35,587 nt of DNA from Candidatus Woesearchaeota archaeon (GCA_016211165.1 JACQSU010000086.1:1-35587), one strand, 5' to 3'. Shown: positions 25,301-34,686, counted from the first letter of the stretch. Made by a program: numbers and translations. Notes: a model not told the origin generated them from the sequence alone.

Positions 25301-28198
25301 GACATCGACACATTCTGCAAATACTCAAACACTACAAGCAACTTTGATGCAATGGAATCCACATTCCCAGGATTCAACCTTGCCTTACGTCAAACACACG
25401 CCGCAGATATAGAAGTCAATACGATCGGAAGCTTCATCTACAATGTCGCCTGCAAAAGCGCAAGCGGCCTTGGACCAGTCGCCACAACAATTCAATTCAC
25501 GGTCAATCCCAATATCGCATTCCTTCTTGAAGATAGGACACCCCCTGGATTTATCTTTGCATCAGCCCAAGCACAGGTATCCATCCTCGCAAACAAGGAC
25601 AGCCTCTGCAGCTTTTCTGTAGACAATGTAAGCAGATTCACCGAGAACGCCCTCTCAAAAAGCCACACATACACATCGACTTTTAGCGCAGGAAGCCACG
25701 AGGCGAACACCGTCTGCAGGACTGGCGGCGCCACAGTCATCAGCGGCACCCCGCAAACAGCAACCATAACCACACCATTCATCAATGACCTTGCCAACCC
25801 TATCATGCTCCTTGTCAATGACAGCACACGATTCGAAAACCCCCAAGAAAGCGCTGATCGCGATCGCCTCCAAGTAGTCTATAATGGGACGGACGCGGAT
25901 TCCGGCATCGCCAAATACCGCATCAATATCCACAACCAAACAAGCATCATCCGAAGCATCGAAGAGAATCAGCCAATGGAACAGCGCATCTTCACAGGAC
26001 TCAAACTTGTGAATCGCACCCGGTACTTCTTCGAAGTCCAAACAGTCGACTTTGCCGGACGCAACAGCACATTCAAACGATCAAGCGGCGTCCTTATCAC
26101 CACAGACGCGCGGCCTGCAACATGCTTTAACAATAGAACCGACGGCACTGAAACAGCGCTTGACTGCGGAGGCATCTGCGAGCCATGCGCCGATGGCAAA
26201 CGATGCTTAACCAACAGGGACTGCGAAACAGCAAGCTGCATTAACAATATCTGCAGGACACCAGGATGCACGGACGGCATCAGAAACGGCGACGAAACCG
26301 CCATTGACTGCGGAGGATCCTGCAACCCATGCCCTGTGCGCAATGACTCTGATTCCCGCACAAATCGCACAAGACGAGCAGGATGCATCTCTAACTCTGA
26401 CTGCATCTCACGACTCTGCGGCCAGGACGGCACCTGCCAAGAACCAGCGACGTGCCAAAACAGCAGACTCGATGTCGGAGAAAGCGACGTCGACTGCGGC
26501 GCTGGATGCCCAACAAAATGCGCAGAAGACAAAACCTGCCAAACAAGAGCGGACTGCGCAAGCGGACTATCCTGCCAAGCGCCAAACGCAGACCAACCAC
26601 GCGTCTGCACAGACATCAACAAAGACACTGATAACGATGGCATCCCTGATGACTTTGAACGCAGACACGGCCTTGACCCCAATGACAATGGAGACGCGAC
26701 CCAAGACCCTGATCGCGATGGCCTTAGCAACCTGGAAGAGTTCGAATACTTCAAAAAAACAGGCAAGGAAATTGATCCACAAGACAACGACACAGACAAC
26801 GACGGCGCACCCGACGGACTCGAGCTTCGGGTCGGCACAGACCCCACAGACTATAATTCCAAACCAAGCGAGATTGACACGGACGGAGACCTCATACCCG
26901 ACGACTTTGAACGCGCCTACGGCCTTAACCCCGATGACGGAAACGACGCGATCCAAGACAAGGACGACGATGGCCTAAGCAACCTTGAGGAATATAGATA
27001 CTTTAAGGAAAACGGCAAAGTCATTAACCCCTCCAAAAAAGACACAGATGGAGACGGATTCACAGACAAGGAAGAAATCGACGCAGGAACAGACCCCACA
27101 ATCCCAACAGACCACCCTGGACGCGCCGATGACACAGACCTTGACGGCATCCCCGATGACTTTGAACGCGACCACGGCCTTAACCCCAATGACAATGGAG
27201 ACGCAACACTTGACCCGGACGGCGACGGCCTCACCAATCTTGAAGAATACAACCACTTTGCCCAACGAGGACAACTCATCGACCCCCAAGACCCAGACAC
27301 TGACAACGACACATACTCGGACAAAGAAGAGGTCGATGCAGGATCAAATCCTGCAGACCCCAACAGCCAACCCCTGGACACGGACGGCGATACCATCCCG
27401 GACTACTACGAACGCCTCTATGGCCTTGACCCCCAAGACCCCACGGATGCCGACGAAGACCTTGATGGCGATGGCCTTACCAACAAAGAAGAATATGACT
27501 ACTATCACCGCACATACAAATTTATCGACCCCCGCATCGCAGACACGGACGGCGACGAATACAGCGACGGCCGCGAAGTCAGCAGCGGCAGCGACCCCAC
27601 GGTCCCATCCAGCATCCCAGGATTCCGATGGGCCTGGTGGATGACTGCCATTATCCTCCTGATTCTTGGCGGCGCCGCAGCATACTGGATATACACCCAA
27701 CGACAACCACGCATCACACCACCACGACCCCCCACAATCAGCGCAGGAGGCAGACTCATCCCCCCTGCCCCAACTCAACCACCAACAGCACGCGAGGCAA
27801 AAGAACTCGGTGAAATCAAAAAACCTGATGTCGGCGCGGCAGCAAAACCAGAATGGATCTCCATTGCAGAAATGAATGAAGAAAACATGAAAAAACACGA
27901 AGAAGACATCTTTTCAAAACTCCGAAAATTTGGCGCAGAACCTGCAGAGAAGATGCAAAAACTCCAAGAAATCGCGCTAAGCACATTCACACCAACAGAA
28001 CGCGAAGACATCAAGAAAAAACTCGACCTGGCACGCAAAGGCAAACTCACACCACAAGAACTCGAAGCACTCTTCCGCAAACTACGCATCACTGCAACAT
28101 ACTGGGAAAAGAACAAAGAAGCCATCCAAACCCAATTTGAAGAATGGGTCAAACGAGGAGCCATCATCAAAAAAGCAGCAGGCAAACCAAAGAAATGA
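22349..28198 (+). CDS. Giant membrane-anchored surface protein (1949 aa): Cys-rich region, Ig/FN3-like beta domains, ETxxDCGG repeats, Asp-rich Ca-binding repeats, TM helix, cytoplasmic tail
   Basis: Signal peptide; 'ETALDCGG/ETAIDCGG/ESDVDCG'; four 'DTDxDGxPDxxE..GLxP' units; TM 'WWMTAIILLILGGAAAYWIY'; charged helical tail. Confidence 0.85.
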   Translation: MTRNPILWTLTIAALLAIIALYASAANICCCNPAGLAQTPGVLQSGQAPPLGCDTAANFTEFLPVVESLDVNFNTICLTVCNESRQPPILINVTLECGNPEFRPPASNLNIKPIQGARAFELTWKTNCTSYIESYSIGRCEGIDCRPANFLDLGLFAEDNITSIEKRFIDDDPLLEYFTNYTYQLIVNYKGFGPSPAAVGIIESGDIECDGRTTDQQFCINGKDFYLRPFEIYLKQFGYGPLPGIRFRTRYEDTVDLAFFGRNRRAYQCTTTNELTQTRDCSQEGFCIIRNNIPMCVQEENCKNATQFALDVTQQSCEGSTSSPRYCFFDRSRTLIDDCFGCRPDLLCIDYKSKGACERDNCKLANCAWRDVFPSIGIGVCVNTQQNNCFLCNATGSFNSPTNASFNQIFDTCIRSRSDALSTEKYPCFFSTKDDGGSRSCTDADCTVFTQAECGRPINGIQLDNLNRLISRSTDPCTIGVCDFDPSVGCAKNANAKIDVGSDFRDCGSLPANKQRGCELDYFPPTTTIVPTSPTNPSRVDALNITQRDKANLTTGAALIADRAKRLKTAFCTYPTGGTPCTQMRDTTSPALLLNDLLLLDGTAVVANLVEGSNTIRFFSEDAAKNLEIIKEVRFSACARCQGPRIIGKNVSNGKLVNSIFFTNDQQPKVALQFNEQATIIEAIFIQPIGRTVRVTPSRQIFTSENLNYTFESIESLAESTYTFQVNAKDNQDVPMDEPDTTTIIIDRTPPRINATGNLIPLGLATFNTDTIAIILNFSEEIDIQDIILSRLEIDDFNTRIVEASLRNNFTISPTHAKATLRFSDGPHTLRIIATDHASNPLDPNKARFDFIISKGASRIRLLSPAFGASPNFSFDVGIETLVPTKCRFLSRPGTLIPNDFLDWQKFDDNDAFSTRHTLARYSDITEPNTKTPFHVFCMDGQNRPTKQVFELQVQNSPPRILSALADPNPIIQFPLRTTLKINTDIDTFCKYSNTTSNFDAMESTFPGFNLALRQTHAADIEVNTIGSFIYNVACKSASGLGPVATTIQFTVNPNIAFLLEDRTPPGFIFASAQAQVSILANKDSLCSFSVDNVSRFTENALSKSHTYTSTFSAGSHEANTVCRTGGATVISGTPQTATITTPFINDLANPIMLLVNDSTRFENPQESADRDRLQVVYNGTDADSGIAKYRINIHNQTSIIRSIEENQPMEQRIFTGLKLVNRTRYFFEVQTVDFAGRNSTFKRSSGVLITTDARPATCFNNRTDGTETALDCGGICEPCADGKRCLTNRDCETASCINNICRTPGCTDGIRNGDETAIDCGGSCNPCPVRNDSDSRTNRTRRAGCISNSDCISRLCGQDGTCQEPATCQNSRLDVGESDVDCGAGCPTKCAEDKTCQTRADCASGLSCQAPNADQPRVCTDINKDTDNDGIPDDFERRHGLDPNDNGDATQDPDRDGLSNLEEFEYFKKTGKEIDPQDNDTDNDGAPDGLELRVGTDPTDYNSKPSEIDTDGDLIPDDFERAYGLNPDDGNDAIQDKDDDGLSNLEEYRYFKENGKVINPSKKDTDGDGFTDKEEIDAGTDPTIPTDHPGRADDTDLDGIPDDFERDHGLNPNDNGDATLDPDGDGLTNLEEYNHFAQRGQLIDPQDPDTDNDTYSDKEEVDAGSNPADPNSQPLDTDGDTIPDYYERLYGLDPQDPTDADEDLDGDGLTNKEEYDYYHRTYKFIDPRIADTDGDEYSDGREVSSGSDPTVPSSIPGFRWAWWMTAIILLILGGAAAYWIYTQRQPRITPPRPPTISAGGRLIPPAPTQPPTAREAKELGEIKKPDVGAAAKPEWISIAEMNEENMKKHEEDIFSKLRKFGAEPAEKMQKLQEIALSTFTPTEREDIKKKLDLARKGKLTPQELEALFRKLRITATYWEKNKEAIQTQFEEWVKRGAIIKKAAGKPKK
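26624..27620 (+). repeat. Four tandem ~250-nt coding repeats (thrombospondin type 3-like DxDxDG Ca-binding units)
   Basis: Units start at 26624, 26876, 27131 and 27377 (spacings 252, 255, 246 nt), each with three DxDxDG-type loops. Confidence 0.85.
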
Positions 28199-28725
28199 GC
28201 AAACTGGGCCAAATCATCGGACAAGCGCTCCTCTTTGCACTCGGCGCCATCATCTTTGCCATGACCCTCATCTACGGATACAGCGCCATTAGCAAACTCA
28301 CCCAAGTCAAATCCGAAGTATGCCTCATCGACATGCAAAAAACACTCAAAAACCAAGTCGAACGCGTCCGCGCATCATTTGGCACAGTACGACGCATGGA
28401 CCTCACCATCTGCGCAGGCCACACAGAGATCTGCTTTATCGACCGCGACAGAGTCCTTGAAGGACAAAGCGGCCCCTGCCAAGGAGAGCGCATCAACAAA
28501 CTCGCCCAACGAAGCAGCCTGATGAAGGACGCGGTATGCAGCGGCTCTGACCAAAATGTCTTCTTAAAACCCGCAAGCGCCACACCCATCACCATCGGAA
28601 CAATCACTGTTGATCACCCTGACGGATTCCTCTGCTTTGAAGACATCGAAGCATCCACTATCTCACTACGCCTCGAAGGCAAGGGCGATCACACGCAGAT
28701 CGGCACATGGAAAATCATTGAATGA
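28195..28725 (+). CDS. Pilin-like protein, class III signal peptide
   Basis: ATGA overlap with the upstream stop; 'MSKLG|QIIGQALLFALGAIIFAMTLIYGY'. Confidence 0.75.
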   Translation: MSKLGQIIGQALLFALGAIIFAMTLIYGYSAISKLTQVKSEVCLIDMQKTLKNQVERVRASFGTVRRMDLTICAGHTEICFIDRDRVLEGQSGPCQGERINKLAQRSSLMKDAVCSGSDQNVFLKPASATPITIGTITVDHPDGFLCFEDIEASTISLRLEGKGDHTQIGTWKIIE

Positions 28726-28756
28726 TTTTTTATAGGCCAACAAGGCGAAGCAAACC

Positions 28757-29773
28757 ATGGTCGCATCCTCAAAGAGCGGACAACTTGAAGTTCCACTCAA
28801 CTGGCTCTTCATCCTCATCGCAGGCGGCGCCATCCTCATCACATTCTTCGCATTCATCCAACGCCAACAAAGCGCAAGCGAACTCTCCATTGCAGAGAAC
28901 CTTGTAAGCGACCTTGAAAGCATCGCATCTGTCGCAGGCACAGCCAAAGGCACAGCACAACAAATCGACTTTCCCGAAGAAGACATCACCATCGGATGCA
29001 CTCCTGACTGCAGCTGCCTCTTTAGCATCGGAGCCATTAGCAAGCCATTTGGCACAAACCTCATCTACTCACCAAACCTCATCCGAGGACCAAACCTTGT
29101 CCTATACTCCATCGACTGGAACGTCCCATTCCGCGCAAACAACCTCCTTATCCTCACCAATAGCAGAACACGCTACATCCTCATCACGCCCACACTCACC
29201 CCACCCATCAACCGACTCATCAGCATCATCCCAAACATGACCAACTTACGCGTTGCCAAAGGCCCAGAGGCCCAAACCGCCAAAAACCAACGCCAACCCG
29301 AAGGCAAGATCAGATTCATCTACTTTAGTCAAGGACAATGCGACGACTTCCGAGGAATCGAGCTTGATGAACAAGACTTTAGCTGCCTCGAAGTAGACCT
29401 TGAGAAACACACCTTGGATTTTTACTACAGGAATCGCGCAGGAACCATCCTCGGACCAGACCGGCAAACATACCTTAGCGAAGGCGACTTGATCGGAGCA
29501 CTATTTACAGAGTCCCCTGACCAATACCGCTGCAACAGCCAAGCAGAGATGCTACGCCTAGCAAACCTTGCCAGCGTCTACCAACGCCGAGCCGCAAATG
29601 TCACGACCTCCACATGCGGCAAGAGCTATACCGATGCAGCGACGCAATTTGAACGACTTGCAACAGAAGCACGCAAGGCAGAAAATGCAAGCAAACTCCT
29701 CTTGCACTACAGCATACTAAGCAACCTAAGCGAAGAGTTCATCAGACTCTCATGCAAACCGGAGCTGTTCTAA
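28757..29773 (+). CDS. Pilin-like protein, class III signal peptide
   Basis: 'KSG|QLEVPLNWLFILIAGGAILITFF'. Confidence 0.75.
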   Translation: MVASSKSGQLEVPLNWLFILIAGGAILITFFAFIQRQQSASELSIAENLVSDLESIASVAGTAKGTAQQIDFPEEDITIGCTPDCSCLFSIGAISKPFGTNLIYSPNLIRGPNLVLYSIDWNVPFRANNLLILTNSRTRYILITPTLTPPINRLISIIPNMTNLRVAKGPEAQTAKNQRQPEGKIRFIYFSQGQCDDFRGIELDEQDFSCLEVDLEKHTLDFYYRNRAGTILGPDRQTYLSEGDLIGALFTESPDQYRCNSQAEMLRLANLASVYQRRAANVTTSTCGKSYTDAATQFERLATEARKAENASKLLLHYSILSNLSEEFIRLSCKPELF

Positions 29774-29774
29774 A

Positions 29775-30353
29775 ATGGCGAAATCTCACAAACTCGGCCT
29801 GCGACCTTATTTTTTGAGAAGAATCCGAGGGACCGCAACTGCTGGCCGTCATCTACCACGTTCGGGACAGGATTACAATCGAAAGGCCCAAATACAAATG
29901 TTTGAGACCGTCGCTGTGCTTGTCATCTTCTTTTTCCTCATCGCATTCGGACTCTCATTTTACTTTCTTGTAAGCAAGACCCAAGCATCAAAAGAATATG
30001 AAAGAACACTACAACTGCGCAGCATCACATTTACACAGAAAATAGCAACACTCCCAGAACTTGACTGCGTCCGCGTCACAGTCCAAGTTGAGCGATGCTT
30101 TGACAGCCTCAAAACAGACGCCTTCCGACACATCCTCCAAAACCCTGGAATCAAGGATGACTACTTCGCACTCTTCGGATACTCCAATGTCACGATCCAG
30201 GAAATCTTTCCTTCAGTGCACACATACCAACTCTATGACCGCGCGCTACCCAATGCCAGCGCAAGCATCCCAACCACGATTCCCATACTCCTGCGCAACC
30301 CCCACAAAAACACATACTCCTTCGGAGTCCTTCGGGTGACACTCTATGCCTAA
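29775..30353 (+). CDS. Pilin-like protein, class III signal peptide with extended n-region
   Basis: 'RKA|QIQMFETVAVLVIFFFLIAFGL'. Confidence 0.75.
   Translation: MAKSHKLGLRPYFLRRIRGTATAGRHLPRSGQDYNRKAQIQMFETVAVLVIFFFLIAFGLSFYFLVSKTQASKEYERTLQLRSITFTQKIATLPELDCVRVTVQVERCFDSLKTDAFRHILQNPGIKDDYFALFGYSNVTIQEIFPSVHTYQLYDRALPNASASIPTTIPILLRNPHKNTYSFGVLRVTLYA
29784..29819. repeat. Palindromic element, family 1 (inside gene 5' end)
   Basis: TCTCACAAA-CTCGGCCTGCGACCTTAT-TTTTTGAGA. Confidence 0.65.
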
Positions 30354-30888
30354 AAAACACACGGCTTCGCCTCGTGTTTTTCAAGAACAACGAGCACAAA
30401 TGGAGATTATGGGACTCACGATCATCATCCTACTTGTCTCCATAGGAATCCTCTTTGCCATTGGCATCATTAGCAAACCAACCGAAGACATCAAACGAGG
30501 ATATGAACAAAAACAACTCGCCGTCAACTTCCTTACCACACTCCTTGACACAACCAGCGGCTGCCAACTCAACACCTTCCGACAGCTCCTCATGGACTGC
30601 GCAACAGACCGCATCGTCACATGCCCTGGCGGACTTGACAGCTGCTCATACGCTAAAACCTCATTTCGAACAATCTTTAGCAGAACACTCGACCCCATCA
30701 GAAAAGGATACTACCTCTCAGTTGACGGACCACAAGCAGTGAAATCAATCACACAAGGATCCTTTGGCACGAGCGCCACACCCACACCCTGCCCAGGCGA
30801 GCGAGACCAAGCAACACAACCCATTCCCACACTCGGCGGAGGAACCATCATCACCAGACTTGAGATCTGCGATCGACCCCCACAGTAA
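30346..30888 (+). CDS. Pilin-like protein, class III signal peptide
   Basis: 'QRA|QMEIMGLTIIILLVSIGILF'; overlaps the upstream stop. Confidence 0.75.
   Translation: MPKKHTASPRVFQEQRAQMEIMGLTIIILLVSIGILFAIGIISKPTEDIKRGYEQKQLAVNFLTTLLDTTSGCQLNTFRQLLMDCATDRIVTCPGGLDSCSYAKTSFRTIFSRTLDPIRKGYYLSVDGPQAVKSITQGSFGTSATPTPCPGERDQATQPIPTLGGGTIITRLEICDRPPQ
30353..30381. repeat. Palindromic element, family 1 (inside gene 5' end)
   Basis: AAAAACAC-ACGGCTTCGCCTC-GTGTTTTT. Confidence 0.65.
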
Positions 30889-30933
30889 TCGTTCAGAAAA
30901 GTCAAACCAGGAGCGGCGGCCGGCCCCACCTGT

Positions 30934-30945
30934 ATTTATATAAAT
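30934..30945 (+). promoter_or_regulatory. Palindromic TATA box ATTTATATAAAT
   Basis: ~21 nt before ATG 30966. Confidence 0.55.
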
Positions 30946-30965
30946 TGATCCGCAGCTCTGCCTGC

Positions 30966-33773
30966 ATGACTATCACTAGACAGCGTCGCGCAAACCGCTC
31001 GAAGCGCTTCTCCCGCATCGCCCTCACATTGGGATTTGGCAGTCTTCTCTCTTTCCCCTACGTATCCGTCCAGAACGCCCTCACCATTAGCCGCATCATA
31101 GACTCCGGCCACCAATCACTCGACCTTGCCCTTTACAATCAAAGTTTTAGCACATTCGCCTTTGGCAGGCAACGCGATACTACCACACGCGAAGTAGTCC
31201 TTTACAACCCCAGTCCTCACACGCTGACGCCGCCTTCCGAATCTGAACAACCTGTGTTTCTGGACCCACAGAGCACATTTCTCATCGCCACAACATCCAA
31301 AAACCCTGTCATCTATGACCTTCCCAGCGGCAAACGCACCCCATTCCTGTTGAATGCATCTTACACTACCATCGCGCACAGCCCTGGCCTTGAAGCCCTT
31401 ATCTTCTATAAGGCATATTCCTCCCAACCGCGAGGTATCTACCATCGCAGCGGCAAACTCCTACGCCCTCTTTCTCGAAGAGAAAAACCGTTATGTCTCC
31501 CAAACCACATTCTCATTAGGAATGAGACTGAGAATAAGACTGATGTGCGCGTCTTGGATACAACTGGAGAACGACACCTCACAACAATCGACGGCCTGCT
31601 CGTACACGCGTGGGAGACACCGGATGGAATCTATATCCACCAAGGCCCGTTCTCTGACAAATCCGGAACCCATTCCATCCAATGCATCAGTCCAACGACA
31701 CGCACCCTGTTCACGTTCCCCTCACTTGACACCGCCTTTATCAAGGACAACCTTCTTATCACTCTTGTAGGAGACCACATCAGCACCTATGCCCTTCACA
31801 CTGGGAAACGCATCGCTACGCTGCAAACCACCGCCGCACCACCCCACATCGTCAATATATCAACTGATCCACTCCCTGTCTTGGTACAAGACCGGGGAAA
31901 CAATCTGTATATCATCACACAGGAAGGCATCAAGCAATCGCATCAAAAACACCCACGACTTGAAGCCCTTATCGGATCGACTCAAGCAATCGTCAAAATC
32001 TCGAAGGAAACATATGAAGCACTGGCCTCCCATGACATCTCCACTGGCAAGACCACACCACTACCCACGCCGTGGCAACCTTGCCCTCCAGGTCCATTGC
32101 AAGCTGTGTTGCCTTCACTCCTTCTCGCACTTGGCGCAACGAGCCTTGTGTATGGCATGCGGTTTCCAAAAGAAACCCGAAAACCTCTTCCCACAAGCCT
32201 CGCCGCCAAGGTACTCTCGGCCCCAATAGATATCGTCACTGAGCACCCTCTTTGCGCATCACTCGCAGTCCTTGCCACAGATGACCGATTTAAGAATATA
32301 TATAATACGCTCGCGCACAATGGTTTATTCACGACACTCCGCGTCTGTGGCCCAGACATCATCTCTTGCTGCCTCATCAGCGGCCTCATGTATGCACTTG
32401 CCAATATATTCCATTCTCTACGCAAACCCCGCCTCGTGTCCTTTGCACATGTGTGCAAAAGCCTCACCTTCAGAAATGTCCTACGCACTTCGCAGAACAC
32501 GTTAACCTATTTGGCTGTCGATGATCAGACACGCGAACGCATCAATGCACTCCTTGCATTGCCCACTACGAGCGATGATACCTACCACTTCCTTGACCAC
32601 GTCCCAACCCACTCTTATGTGCCAGTCATGGCAGTTGTGCTTCCCCTTTTCATCGCCACAGAACGACGATCCCTTCGACAACAATTTGAGGCAGAACCGA
32701 CCAACCTCGCCGCCCTCCTTAGCCTTGAAACCCTCGCGGTCCAAACCGATGACACGCCAGGTGCTGTCAACTACGCAACCCAAGCGCTTGCGATAACACA
32801 AGAGAGTCCCTCGATGCTCCTCTTGCAAGGACGACTCCTTAGTCACGTTGCACCCAATCTCGCACAGAACTACATTTCCCAAGCAGCAACCAAACTCCTT
32901 GAAGGGGCGACACGTCATCAAATCCTTGGCGAAGCAAGTCACCTCGTCTTCACTGTCATTGGCACTGCCTACACCTCACGCACATTTGCCTTCAAAGAAC
33001 ATCCAACATTGGAGCACGCCCTTACCGAACACGACATCACTATGACTTACAATGACGCGCTCAACACCGACCGCATCCGAGTTGCAGAAAGCATCGGAGT
33101 CATCTCATCACAGAACAAACACTACCTTGTCACAACCTATCTTCCCGGCCCAACACTGTTTGAACTGATCCATTCAACAAGCATCCAAGCTGAGAACTAT
33201 ACCCGATGCATCGAACTTCTAGCAGAACTGCACGCCGTGCGCATCGATGGTTCGCCCCGAGACCTGCACGCAAACCTTGCGCAGAAACTAACACATCTGC
33301 CTTGCGCTGATACCTATCTTGACGCATTCGCAGACACTCAAGACACCCTTGCCCGCGTCCCTTGGCGACCCAACCAAGACTACCACCCCATGAACATTAT
33401 TGACTCTGAAGGCACCTGCCTCAAACTCGACCAAGGAAGCGCAGGATCCCTTGTTCCAGCGACATTTGACATCGCAAGCCTCATCCTCTTTGATCCACGC
33501 ATCGACTCCTACGAATCACGAGCGCTTACCACAAGATACTGCGCCGCAGTCGGAGAGAAACAATCAACAGACAACCACATCCGCGCACTTATCCCGTCCC
33601 TATTCTACCGCGCACTCTATATGAGCAGCATCTGGCAGAACCGCGACGCACACCGACACTACGCCGTCCCTGTACTCACCAATGCCGCACGACTCATTGA
33701 TGGACTTGCGAACAACCACCATCATCGCCACTGCGCTTCACTCCTTCTCACCCGAGCCCAATCCTTGACATGA
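30966..33773 (+). CDS. Membrane protein with beta-rich N-terminal domain, several TM helices, TPR-like helices and a C-terminal APH/choline-kinase-like phosphotransferase domain
   Basis: 'FAFKE', 'YLVTTYLPGPTL', 'LAELH', 'NQDYHPMNII', 'KLDQG', 'FDIASL'. ATG 30966 lies ~22 nt after a TATA box. Confidence 0.65.
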   Translation: MTITRQRRANRSKRFSRIALTLGFGSLLSFPYVSVQNALTISRIIDSGHQSLDLALYNQSFSTFAFGRQRDTTTREVVLYNPSPHTLTPPSESEQPVFLDPQSTFLIATTSKNPVIYDLPSGKRTPFLLNASYTTIAHSPGLEALIFYKAYSSQPRGIYHRSGKLLRPLSRREKPLCLPNHILIRNETENKTDVRVLDTTGERHLTTIDGLLVHAWETPDGIYIHQGPFSDKSGTHSIQCISPTTRTLFTFPSLDTAFIKDNLLITLVGDHISTYALHTGKRIATLQTTAAPPHIVNISTDPLPVLVQDRGNNLYIITQEGIKQSHQKHPRLEALIGSTQAIVKISKETYEALASHDISTGKTTPLPTPWQPCPPGPLQAVLPSLLLALGATSLVYGMRFPKETRKPLPTSLAAKVLSAPIDIVTEHPLCASLAVLATDDRFKNIYNTLAHNGLFTTLRVCGPDIISCCLISGLMYALANIFHSLRKPRLVSFAHVCKSLTFRNVLRTSQNTLTYLAVDDQTRERINALLALPTTSDDTYHFLDHVPTHSYVPVMAVVLPLFIATERRSLRQQFEAEPTNLAALLSLETLAVQTDDTPGAVNYATQALAITQESPSMLLLQGRLLSHVAPNLAQNYISQAATKLLEGATRHQILGEASHLVFTVIGTAYTSRTFAFKEHPTLEHALTEHDITMTYNDALNTDRIRVAESIGVISSQNKHYLVTTYLPGPTLFELIHSTSIQAENYTRCIELLAELHAVRIDGSPRDLHANLAQKLTHLPCADTYLDAFADTQDTLARVPWRPNQDYHPMNIIDSEGTCLKLDQGSAGSLVPATFDIASLILFDPRIDSYESRALTTRYCAAVGEKQSTDNHIRALIPSLFYRALYMSSIWQNRDAHRHYAVPVLTNAARLIDGLANNHHHRHCASLLLTRAQSLT

Positions 33774-34664
33774 GCGCAATGCCACAAGCGCAGACGTCGC
33801 ATCACCGACCCGTCTTGCAATATTGATCATCGCATGCGCGACTTCCGCATCACCGCGGCACTGCAGGAGATCAACCCCCTTGCGCTCCACGTCCTTACGC
33901 ATACGCGATACAGCATCCATATCATCAAACCCTTGCGCATACACTGCATTATAATATGATCTCACAAGCACCGCCGTCGCACAGAGAAGATCCTGACATC
34001 GTGGCGTGACCCTTGGCTCTTTGGGCAGACTTTGAATAAGATACTTGTACTCATCAGCAAGCTTTTCAACATTCCAGAGAATCATCGTATGCATCGAAGG
34101 AATCGGTGATTGCGATTCCCCCCTATGGATGAGACGGATGCAGAAATTCGTGAGCTGATTATTCGAGCGCTCCAGAAGAGCAACGGATCGCAACTCATCC
34201 CAATCCCTGCGTTTAATCGCATTAGCAACACCCTCTGCAAGCGAGACCGTGACCAGAAGCGCACGACGAAACACCGCATCAAATTGATCATTGGCATCCT
34301 TGGCCACTTGCCGAATCGTCACCACACCTTTGGCCTGGCTTATGATCGCAAACCCAAGCAAGGTATCACGGATGAGATCCTCGACGATGCGAACTTGATC
34401 CTGGCTCTGATAGCGGACCAGCATCTCATCAGCACCAATCTTATGCAAACCCGAGATCGTCCACCGAATCATCCGCTCGGAAAGACCACTAATGTCAACG
34501 TTCGCTGTACGGTGAGCATATGCGACCTGCGAGATCCGCAACTCGGCGCCATCCTCTTTAATATGCAACTCACTACCTTTCCTCACACCTTGCCGCTTTA
34601 CCCACGAAGCAGGAAGCGAAATTACCAACGTGTTCTTCGCAAGCTGAATCGCCTTTCGCTGCAT
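33738..34664 (-). CDS. Archaeal AbrB-PhoU family phosphate-uptake regulator
   Basis: 'RKAIQLAKNTLVISLPASWVKRQGVRKGSEL' (AbrB/SpoVT domain) followed by PhoU-like helices 'NVEKLADEY' and 'RRVGD'. Confidence 0.85.
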   Translation of the reverse strand: MQRKAIQLAKNTLVISLPASWVKRQGVRKGSELHIKEDGAELRISQVAYAHRTANVDISGLSERMIRWTISGLHKIGADEMLVRYQSQDQVRIVEDLIRDTLLGFAIISQAKGVVTIRQVAKDANDQFDAVFRRALLVTVSLAEGVANAIKRRDWDELRSVALLERSNNQLTNFCIRLIHRGESQSPIPSMHTMILWNVEKLADEYKYLIQSLPKEPRVTPRCQDLLCATAVLVRSYYNAVYAQGFDDMDAVSRMRKDVERKGVDLLQCRGDAEVAHAMINIARRVGDATSALVALRSCQGLGSGEKE

Positions 34665-34686
34665 ACGCTTCCCATTGCACCATTGG

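Noticed and set aside
26624-27620. Periodic repeats as a possible CRISPR array
   Set aside because: They are degenerate ~250-nt in-frame coding units with no unique spacers and no cas genes.
24520-27898. Long antisense and alternate-frame ORFs (e.g. 24520-25377, 25969-26847, 26985-27644)
   Set aside because: Shadows of the giant gene caused by codon and strand bias; no recognisable motifs.
30316-30328. ACTCC-TTCG-GAGT UUCG-tetraloop hairpin
   Set aside because: Short stem within coding sequence (YSFGV); single occurrence, plausibly chance.
30889-30933. GC-rich intergenic stretch as a tRNA or ncRNA
   Set aside because: Too short, with no cloverleaf or recognisable RNA motif.
33738-33773. 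36-nt overlap of convergent genes as antisense regulation
   Set aside because: Short 3' overlaps are common in compact archaeal genomes; no further evidence.
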